From: Cyanophora paradoxa CCMP329
Lineage: Eukaryota > Plantae > Glaucophyta
Length of the DNA: 64,000 nt
NCBI GenBank assembly: GCA_004431415.1
Contig: QPMI01000189.1
Span: 105,493 to 169,492 of the forward strand
Reading direction: 5' to 3'
Below, piece after piece: positions 11,578 to 20,516 of the stretch; positions within the stretch are counted from its first letter, which is position 1, and every line of letters starts with the position of its first letter. A program made the position numbers and the translations under genes. The notes beneath the pieces are model-generated. The model made no database searches. It worked only from the letters and a program-made list of their open reading frames with translations, and had not been told where the DNA came from.

Positions 11578-14031
11578 GTGCTCGGGGAGGGCTGGGCGCG
11601 CTGGAGCCTGACGTGCGCGCTGGTCATCGGCGCCTTCTACCTGCTCGGCTGCACGCCCATCGGTCCGCCCCCGCACCCCGCGCCCCCTGCGCCGCCCCCG
11701 ACGGCGCCCCGCCCCAGGGAAGCGCTTCTGGCGGACGGCGGACTTCTGGAAGCGGGCGCTCCCGGTCTTCTTCGCGTACAAGGCGCGCGCGCGCGCGCCG
11801 GGCGGGGCAGGGGGCGGGGGCGAGGGGCGGGGGGGCAGGGGACGCAGCGGCGGGTGCGGGAGATGGACGGGGAGAAGGCGAACGCGGAGTGGGAGGCGAC
11901 GCACGAGCGCGGCTCGAAGGAGCTCTACCAGCTCTGCGTCGACGCCCGCGGCATGTTCATCAAGGCCCGCCCGCCCCGCCCCCCGCCCCGCCGGCGCGGC
12001 GCCCCGGGGCGAGGCGCGCGCAGGCGGCGCAGGTCTTCGGGGCGCGCACGGACATGCTGCCGCCGGCGTACACGACGAAGCTGCGGACGCTGTACGACCA
12101 GGTGCCCCCGCAGGAGCCGGCGACCATCCGGCGCGTCATCGAGCGCGAGCTCGGCAAGCCGCTCGAGGAGCTCTTCGAGTCGTTCGACCCCGAGCCCCTC
12201 GGCAGCGGTGCGCCCCGCCGGCCCCGCCCCGCCGGCGAGGCCCGGGCGAGGGCGGGGCGGGGCGGGCGGCAGCGTCGATCGCGCAGGTGCACAGCGCGGT
12301 GACGCGGGACGGGGAGCGCGTGGCGGTGAAGGTCCAGCACGAGGGCGCCGAGGAGATCATGGCCCTCGGCCCGCCCCCGCCCGCCCCGCCCGCCCCGCAC
12401 CGCCCCCTCACCGCCGCCCCCGCAGACCTGGGGAATCTGGAGCTGCTGGGGCGGCTCATCCAGCGCGAGGACCTCGTGCGCGGCCCGCCGGCCCCGCCCC
12501 GCGCCGCCGCGCCGGCCCCTCACCCCCGGCGGCGGCCCAGGGCTTCGACCTCGTCTCCGCGGTGCGGGAGCTCAAGGAGCAGCTGCCCCTCGAGTTCGAC
12601 TTCCAGCGGCCCGCCCCTGCCCCCGCCCGCTGCCGCCCCCGCCCGCTCACTCGCGCCGGCGCAGGGAGGCCGAGATGATGTCCCGCATGCGCGAGAGCCT
12701 CGCGGTGCGCACGCCCGCCCACCCGGCCCGCCCCCTCCCTCGCTTCCCCGCCTCACGCCCGCGCCGCGCCCCCCGCAGAACCACCTGCCGGGTGCCTCCG
12801 CTGCGCGCCGCCCCCTCCCCGGGCGGCGTGGGGGGCTGAGGGCGGGGGTCAGGGATCGTGCTGCCGCGGCCGGTGGCGGCGGCGAAGCGCTGCCTGGTGA
12901 TGTCCTTCCTCGACGGCACCCGCATCCTCGACGTCCGCCCGCCCCGCCCCCCGCGCCCCCGCCGCCCCGCCGCGCCCCGGCCGAGGGGGCGGGGGCAGGC
13001 GGCGCCGCACATGGCGCCCGGGGCGGTGGGGAAGCACATGGAGGCGCTGTGCGCGCTGCTGGGGCACCAGCTCTTCATCGACGGCGTCTTTCACGCCGAC
13101 CCGCACCCGGGAAACCTCCTCATCCTCCACGACGGCCGCCTCGGCCTCCTCGACTTCGGCCAGTGCAAGGAGCTCGCCCTGCCCCTGCGCCAGGCCTTCG
13201 CCCGCCACGTCCTCGCCCTCGCCAACAACGCCCGTCGCCCCTCCCCTCCCCCCACCTCTCCCCGCTGAGGCGCGGCGGGGCGCAGGACGCGGGGGAGATC
13301 GTGACGACGTTCCACGCCCTCGGCATCGAGACCGCCTACGACGGTGCCCCCCGCCACGCCGCCTGCTCCTCGCCGGCCGCCTGCGACCGGCTCCTCCCGC
13401 CGCAGACATGCCCTTCCTCGTGCCGATCATCGCCCGCACGATGTTCGACACGGCGCCCATGCCCTGGGACGTGCGCCCGCCCCGGCCCCCGCCCCGCTCC
13501 GCCGGCCCGAGCCGTGGTGAGGGCGGCGGGGCAGGACGTGTCGCCCTTCTCGCCGAACAACGCGTCGAAGCGGAACCCGGTGAAGCACTTTCCCCCGGAG
13601 CTCTTCATGGTGCTGCGTGCCAACCAGATCATGCGCGGCCTCTTCCACTCCCTCAACGTCGACGTCTCCGTCGTCAAGATCTGGGCCAAGTACGCCAAGA
13701 AGGTGCCCGGGGGGGCGCGGGGCGGGGGAGGGGGCGTAGCTGCGCTGAGCCGGGCGTCGCGCCCGCGCAGCTGCTCTTCCCCGATGCCGGGAGCATCGGG
13801 GCGTCGCTGCGGAGCCTCTTCTCCTCCTTCATGCGCTCGCCCGCGAAGAGCGAGTCAGGGCCGGGGACGCCCGACCCCGAGCCCGTCTCCCTCGGCTCCC
13901 CGCAGCTCGCGGCGGCCGCCTCGCCGGGGCCCGACGCCCCCTCCCCCAAGGACACGCCCCTCGAGCCCGCCCCCCCGCGCTCCCCCGCCCCGGGCTCCCC
14001 CGCCGCCGTCCACCGCTACAGCCTCAAATGA
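11578..14031 (+). CDS. ABC1/UbiB (ADCK) family atypical kinase, ~15 exons, start uncertain
   Basis: Spliced motifs GMFIK|[11 protein letters not shown]|[19 protein letters not shown]|[16 protein letters not shown] and LLDFGQCK are diagnostic of ABC1 kinases. Confidence 0.9.
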
Positions 14032-14947
14032 GCGGCCGCCCCGCCGCCGCACCGCGCCGCTTCGATTTTGGCAGGGGCCCGGCCCCTGCGTCCCTGCGGT
14101 TTTTATCCGTGTTACAAGTTAGTCACTGAGTCATCAAGGTTATAATTAGCGGGGGGTTAGTTGTAGTCTGTGGGGTGTCGAGGTGTGGCGCGCTTTCATG
14201 GCTTGGACGCCGTGACGCCTGTTGAATCACGATCATCGGATATTGAGGCCTTTCAATCATTGAATTTCGCGATCCTATGATCGCTATCGTCGGGATCAAC
14301 TTGGCAACGGATCTGACACTGTGTGACAGGGGCTCAGCGGCTGGGATTTTGATTTAGCCTGCGCAGCTGCTATTTTCAAATCTAGATCTAAAGTCGACGT
14401 CGACGTCTCAGATCTTATCCTTGAACTTCAAGCTTCGGATCGACTTACTACTAAGTTACTGATCATGCCATGATGTGTTTAAAATCGCGACTCACGATCA
14501 TGATCAGTGAAACAGTGTGCACGTACTTGTATTTCAAGTTTTCTTATCCTAGCACTACGTCTACTGGAACTCAACGACTAGCTACAGCGCTAGCCTAGTA
14601 GCGCTCTTCAAGCGCTTGAAATGCGAAACCGCGAGCGGTAGTCGCTACGCTAGCGCTAGCGTTATCTACAGCTAATTATAACCGAGCGACCGACTCGGCG
14701 AGCCTTGCAATGAAGGCCTCGCGATCCGATGATCGAAATAAAAGCGGTGACATGCATATGCATGATCATGAACATGCATATGCCAGCTGGTATGAACGGA
14801 GCTGTCATAGTATATAGCTGCCACCGTGCGTGGAAGGCCGGACCCCACTGTCGGAGCTAGCCGACTAGCTATATATAGGCGATCCGGCGATGTGCATGGA
14901 GGCAGGGCGGGGAGGGTCGGAGGGGATAACGGGAGGGAGGATGACGA

Positions 14948-16284
14948 TCACTGGGAGAAGCCCTTGCCGGCGTCGATGAGCTTCTCGTCGGGCTTGAGCT
15001 TGAGAGCGATGCCGGCGACGTGCCGCCCCTGGAAGCGCGCCGCGTCGAGCTCCACCGCCGACGGCATCCGCTCCCCGCTCGCCCCCGCGACTGACGCCGC
15101 CGTCAGGGGCGAGCTCGAGCTGCAGGCGCGGGCGGGGGGCTCTAGCGGGGGGCCGCACTGGTGGAGGCGCCGTAGGGGGAGCCGCCCTTGACCTCCTCGA
15201 CGCCCATCTGTCCCTGGAAGGCGTAGGGGAGGCCGACGAAGGCGAGGCCGTGGTGAAGGAAGAAGGGCATGACGTTGAGGATGGTGCTCTCCTGGCCCCC
15301 GTGCTGCGTCCCGCTCGACGTGATCACGCTCGCCACCTGCGAGACGTCAGAGCCGGCACGCGGCACGCCACGCGGAGGGCACTCGGCGGCCGCTACAGCT
15401 GTCTAGATCTAGGTCTCGAGGCCGCGGGGCGGACCTTGCCGACGAGCTTGCCCTGCGCCCAGAGGGCCCCCGTGGCGTCCAGGAAGGACTGGATCTGCGA
15501 GGGCTGGCCCCCGAAGCGCGTCGGGCACCCCAGGATGATCGCCTGCGAGCCCGCGCGTCGGTGAGCTCGAGCGCGCTTAGAGTTCACAGGGGAGGAGGCG
15601 CACGTCATAGCTAACGAGCTCCGCGGGGTCCGCCACGGGGATGGACGCCTGCGGAGCACGAGGCGCGGCCGGTGTCGGCGGCGAGCGGGCGGCAAGCAAC
15701 CTTAATAATCGTGGTTATACGTGCACGCGCGCGCACCTGCTTCGTCTGGGCCTCGAGGGCTCCCATCTTCTCGAGAACCTGCCGCCGGCCGTCAGACCAA
15801 GACGTCGACAAGCACTCGCCAGGGCCCCAAGCGGGCCGCACCTCGCGCGGCAGGGTCTCGGGGACGCGCTTCAGTGAGACGAGCGCGCCGGCGCTCTTCG
15901 CGCCTTCCGCAGCCGCCTCACACATGGCCTTCATGTGCCCGTACGTGGAGTAGTACAGCACAAGAACCTGCGGCGCGCAGAACGTAAGAACAAAGAACAA
16001 GAATAAGTAAATAACAAAGAACAAGTAAAGAACATCTAGCTCAAGCCTTGCGACTAAGTGGGGCGCGCCGCGCGCGGCTCGCACGTGCACGTGCAAGGCC
16101 TAGGCTCGCGACGCACCTTCGCGACCTTCGGCGCTGCCGCCGGCGCAGCGGCCTGCCAGGCTGGCGGCGGAGGAGCCGGAGCAGCGGCTGCGTAGGTTGA
16201 CGCGGCGGGAGGCTGCGGCGGCTGTGCGGGGTCCTGCCGCGCCGCTCTCTTCGCGCTCTTCTTGGCGCAAGGTCCGATGCCCAT
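14948..16284 (-). CDS. wrbA: WrbA/flavodoxin-like NAD(P)H:quinone oxidoreductase with N-terminal extension
   Basis: Exon motifs [52 protein letters not shown] and [10 protein letters not shown]-terminus MGIGPC followed by a Pro/Ala linker. Confidence 0.9.
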
Positions 16285-16679
16285 TTCTTCGAAGCTTTCA
16301 GATTTCTCGCGCGTTTGCGTTTGCAGTGCGGGGCTGGAGGCGATGCTTTCACGCTGGCGCTGCTAGACGACTTTTACGGCCACCGAGCCGCACCGCGACG
16401 TACGTCGATGAGCTTCTAACGTCGGTTGCGTGATAGTTTTTTTCGCTACTCGAAAAAACAGGGTGGGTACACGTTGAATTTCGTTTCAAGTTCCCGATCA
16501 ATAATTAATTATGACGTAAACCACTAGCTAGCGCTAGCGGCAGCGCCGGCAGCCTAGCGCTCGCGATCAGCGCGCCATCTGCAGCTGCAGCTCGCTGGGG
16601 CGCGCAGCCTGGCTCCGGGATCCGGCGCCAACTGCATGACCAGCCGTGCAACGGCGCACACGACGTGCACGAGCTAGGC

Positions 16680-17582
16680 CTAGGTGCCGACGGGGAGGGG
16701 TGCTCTAGAAAAAGTTCGGGGGGAGGGGCGTTCTTCGGCCCCCCCCGGCCGCGGGGCAGTGCCAGCGGCCGCGCCCGCGGCCGAGGGTGGATCTGTAGCT
16801 ATAGCCCGGGGAGGCTGGCGCCGACCGGCCACATGCACACGTGCACCGCCCGGGGCAGCGACGTCGAGCTCGGGGACATCGAGGTCCACGACTCGATCCG
16901 GATGCTGTAACGGCGCCGGCGGCTGCAGAGGGCTGGCGCCGGCGCGGCGCCAGCCGGAGCCCTCCCCGAGGAGCCGCTCCATGGCGGCGGCCGCGCGACG
17001 CCCCGCGCCGTTGCCGCGCAGCTCCACCGACACCAGCGCCCCGCTCGCCTGCCGCCGCGCTCAGGCGAGGGCGCCGGGCGGGCCACGGCCCTGGCAAAGA
17101 CCAAGCATGCGCAGACCCTCAGAGAGGAGAGCACATCTTACACTCCGTCGTCCTCGAGCTGGTTCCCACTGCGCGGGCACGTGCACGGGGTCAGGCGGGC
17201 GGGAGGGGTCGAGGCGTGGGGCGGGGGCGGGGCGGGGGCGCCTGAGATCGAGGGCGGTAAGGCGGGGGTTGGCGGCGAGGGGCGCGGCGGCGAGGCGGGC
17301 GAAGGGCCGGCGGAGGCCGCAGGCGCGCAGGCGGAGGCAGGCGAGGGCGGAGGGGCCGGCGAGGAGCCCCGCGAGGGCGCCCCCCGCCTCGTCCTCCCGA
17401 AGCCGTTCACGGAGAGGTCCAGCTCCCGCAGCGCCCCGCCCCCCGCGCCCCGCACGAAGGCCAGCAGCGGGCCCAGCGCCGGCCCCCGCAGCCCGCAGCG
17501 CGCCAGCGAGAGGCACAGCAGCGGCGCCGCGCCCGCCCGCGCACGCGCCGGGGAGCCCAGCGCCTCCAGCAGGAGCCCGAGC
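16680..17582 (-). CDS. 3' exons of host F-box/RNI-like LRR gene (5' exon at 44786-45291, split by the viral insertion)
   Basis: LRR motifs LLCLSLARCGL, LRELDLSVNGFG, LTALDL and VELRGNG. These join the 5' exon in frame (…LTSVG|LGLLLEAL…) across a reconstructed 55-nt GT-AG intron. Confidence 0.75.
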
Positions 17583-17599
17583 CTGCGCGGGCGTGAGGG

Positions 17600-17605
17600 T
17601 ACGGG
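17600..17605 (+). other. Target-site duplication TACGGG (left copy)
   Basis: An identical hexamer TACGGG lies at 44748-44753, immediately outside the right TIR. Confidence 0.95.
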
Positions 17606-17676
17606 ACACATATAAAAACAAATATTATTATCCCTCGCGTTCCGCTCAGGATAATAATATTTGTTTTTATATGTGT
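17606..17676. repeat. Terminal hairpin: perfect 28-bp stem with 15-nt loop (mirrored at 44677-44747)
   Basis: acacatataaaaacaaatattattatcc (17606-17633) pairs with ggataataatatttgtttttatatgtgt (17649-17676). Confidence 0.95.
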
Positions 17677-17931
17677 GTTACTATAAGTTATATAAAGATA
17701 TTAGCATTTTTATCATAGTGTATATCGATATGTGATATGTATTCTATCGGTAGTTCGTAAATGAATCAATAAAAATAATATAAGTATCGTGGAATCTTTG
17801 TAAACTATGTATATATAATATGTAATCGCGATATAGCCGATATGTGTTTACGATGCGCGATGTGTATCTAAAACAACTACAATGTGCTGCTTGGGACGCG
17901 CCTCATATAGTCATGTGTATCACCTACGTAG

Positions 17932-18844
17932 CTTCGATAGGGTGGGGCGGGTGGGGTGAGGTGGGGCATTTTTTTGAATTCCCTAAAATGTTTCACTCCC
18001 AAAAATTCTTGGTCAAAAAAGACCCCACCCAACCCCACTTACCCCACCCTGTATTATTCTCTTTATCTATGATTGATTTCAATGTAATTTAAATATAAAT
18101 ATGTATGATTGAGTATGTTAAATTAATACTGGGTGGGGTGTGAGGGTGGGGTGTGAGTGGTATCGGTATGGTAGTCCAATCTAAGATGGCACACATAAAA
18201 TCATGATGTGTTATTTTTACTTCCGGTTTGATACTTATCGGACTTCGATAACTTCGATAGGGTGGGGCGGGTGGGGTGAGGTTGGGCATTTTTTTGAATT
18301 CCCTAAAATAATTCCCCCTCAAAAATTCTTGGTCAAAAAAGACCCCACCCAACCCCACTTACCCCACCCTGTATCTTTTATTATATTTATGATTGATTTC
18401 AATGTTATTAATGTATAAAGTATAGAGATTATGTATGTTAAATTAATACCGGGTGGGGTGTGAGGGTGGGGTGTGAAAGTGGTATCAGCCAACCATTTAA
18501 TAATTACGATATTGAACCGACGTGATACCGACGAGATATGATATATTCAGATCGTATTAGAACGGCGCGATCACTAAGAAAAACAAGTATCATGTGCTGT
18601 ATATTTCGCGATCCCTGAATCGCGAATCGATAGGGTGGGGTGAGAAAGTGGGGCACCACCCTCACTGTATACACTGTGATATGATCGCAATCCCGATGTA
18701 GCCTACTATGATATCGTGCGGACTTCGATAGGGTGGGGTAAGTGGGGTGAGGTGGGGCATTTTTTTGAATCCCTTCAATTTTTGGGGGGTCAAATATTTT
18801 TGGGCAAAAAAGACCCCACCCAACCCCACCCTCCCCACCCTGTA
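17932..18844. repeat. Three ~120-bp G-rich/C-rich palindromic units inside the TIR (~17932-18053, ~18252-18373, ~18723-18844)
   Basis: Each unit reads cttcgatagggtgggg(cg/ta)(g/a)gtggggtgagg…, then an AT-rich spacer, then gaccccacccaaccccac…ccccaccctgta. Confidence 0.9.
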
Positions 18845-19132
18845 TTACTTATCGATACACCTCACTTATTTCAATGTATAAACTTTATTAAATTAGATAG
18901 TAAATATGTATAGAAATAACGAGATTGTAGTATAGGGTGGGGTGTAGGGTGGGGGCAAAATGCAAACTGAATCAGTGCGATATAATTTAGTGAACACAAA
19001 GTGGATATGAAGTGGATACGAAGTGGATACGAAGGGGATAAGTGCGCCCCGCCCACTATGCAAGATACATGCCTTTCTTATGCATGATCTATGAAAAATA
19101 ACAATAAACCCCTCTCTCATTCTTCGAATTCT

Positions 19133-19396
19133 TTACATAGAAGCACTCACAGTAATTTCGCTTGCCTTTCGAACAGTCCCCCGATTAAATGCTTGCTCTA
19201 CAATCGCTTCCTTTGTGAGTGGAATCGGAATTCCAGCAGAAATACACGATTTAACTTCTTTGTCCACAATCTCATCAATCGCAATTCTCGCCCTATTATG
19301 AGCAGCATTATCGATCCAATCCTGAACAGAGTAGGCACAGTATTCCATTCCCAGTTTTTCAGTATCAGTTAGAACCACTTGATAGATGTTCGACAT
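19133..19396 (-). CDS. Small protein (87 aa) resembling phage tail-fibre-associated proteins
   Basis: Clean ATG ORF in the operon-like block. The motif LTDTE..MEY.A.S.QDWIDNA..NRARIAIDEI recalls small proteins found beside C1q-type fibres in marine phages (recollection, not searched). Confidence 0.6.
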   Translation of the reverse strand: MSNIYQVVLTDTEKLGMEYCAYSVQDWIDNAAHNRARIAIDEIVDKEVKSCISAGIPIPLTKEAIVEQAFNRGTVRKASEITVSASM

Positions 19397-19433
19397 TTCT
19401 AATCTTACTATTTATGAAGAAAATAATCAATTG

Positions 19434-20495
19434 CTAACAGCAAAGATGATATATGTATAAGGTAGATCGATTATCAATTGTTACAGCTCCATTGGAAAGC
19501 CCTGTCCATCCCCTGAAATATATTGTATCATTTGCAGCCAAGTTTAATATATACGTTGCATTCATAGCCGCATCTACATTAATAGCTGTATATGCACCCC
19601 CTGTCCAATTAGAATGATCATTTGTTGCTCCATTATAGACAAAGGTTACACCAGTTACAGTAGCTGATTCAGTATTTGTAAACCTCAGATGAACATTGAA
19701 TAAATATTTTCCAGATGCAGGAGCTGTAAATTTATACGTCGTTGTATTAAAAGCACTTCCACCTGAGCTTGAAATCACGTTATTGAATGGAATATTGAAT
19801 ATACCGATACTTGCTGTTGAAGATGTTGCTGATCGAACTCGCCAGTAAGAATGATTTGGAAGAGCAAGATAGCTATCCGTTCCATTAATTGTTAAACCTC
19901 TAAATGTCGTTGTGGCACTATTATTAGTTACAGTGGATGTGAAAGTAGAAGCAATATTAGCCCCATCTCGTTTAATGACCACTTCTGAGTTTCCTCCTGA
20001 GTCGATTGAATTCGTTTTAACCCCACCACTCGCTGTAAGAAGCCCTGAAAAAGTCCCAGTGCTTCCACTAACACCACCATTTGCTGTGAGTAATCCAGTA
20101 AATGAGCCCGTCCCACTAACTGTCGCATTCCCATTGACCCCTAAGCCAGTCCCAATCCATGCCCCGCCACTAACTACTTGAAAAGCCGCGGAATTCCTAT
20201 TAGCCGGATTGAAATCCGTTTGATAATCCGGTTGACCTTCATATAGATTATCTTTGGTAAACAGATCCCCTGTTTTTGCGGGTCGATTAGATACGATCAT
20301 TTGAGTAGCTTTAACGATTCCACCAGCCTTGTCGGCTCTGAGTTCTTTGACTCTGAGAATGGAGTTCTCATTGAAAGAATCGGATTTCGCTGTTTCAGTC
20401 GAAGGGAATGACTCGTTTAGATCATAGACTGTGTGTTGAACATTATGGACAGCACTGGCTGATAAGGAAAACACAGGTGTGAATACAGTCGACAT
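19434..20495 (-). CDS. Fibre-like protein with C-terminal C1q/TNF-like head (353 aa)
   Basis: Gly/Thr-rich beta-repeat shaft (GTGSFTGLLTANGGV/GTFSGLLTASGGV), then IPFNNV…FNTTTYKFTAPASGKYLF…ILNLAANDTIY, which matches the C1q-like pattern. Confidence 0.7.
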   Translation of the reverse strand: MSTVFTPVFSLSASAVHNVQHTVYDLNESFPSTETAKSDSFNENSILRVKELRADKAGGIVKATQMIVSNRPAKTGDLFTKDNLYEGQPDYQTDFNPANRNSAAFQVVSGGAWIGTGLGVNGNATVSGTGSFTGLLTANGGVSGSTGTFSGLLTASGGVKTNSIDSGGNSEVVIKRDGANIASTFTSTVTNNSATTTFRGLTINGTDSYLALPNHSYWRVRSATSSTASIGIFNIPFNNVISSSGGSAFNTTTYKFTAPASGKYLFNVHLRFTNTESATVTGVTFVYNGATNDHSNWTGGAYTAINVDAAMNATYILNLAANDTIYFRGWTGLSNGAVTIDNRSTLYIYHLCC

Positions 20496-20516
20496 CTTTT
20501 GATTGTTCTTTACTTA

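Larger units (their letters stand above)
17606..19047 (+). repeat. Left terminal inverted repeat (1442 bp)
   Basis: Reverse complement of 43308-44747. By eye I found only two 1-nt indels and two substitutions. Confidence 0.95.

Noticed and set aside
8818-16623. Shared 14-mer tggctccgggatcc at 8818-8831 and 16610-16623
   Set aside because: Too short, in direct orientation, and without a TSD or transposase, so it cannot support a mobile-element call.
17844-18913. Short ORFs within the TIRs (and mirrored at 43442-44509)
   Set aside because: They are translations of the G/C-tract repeats with mostly non-ATG starts, and the 18203 ORF is disrupted by indels in the other TIR.
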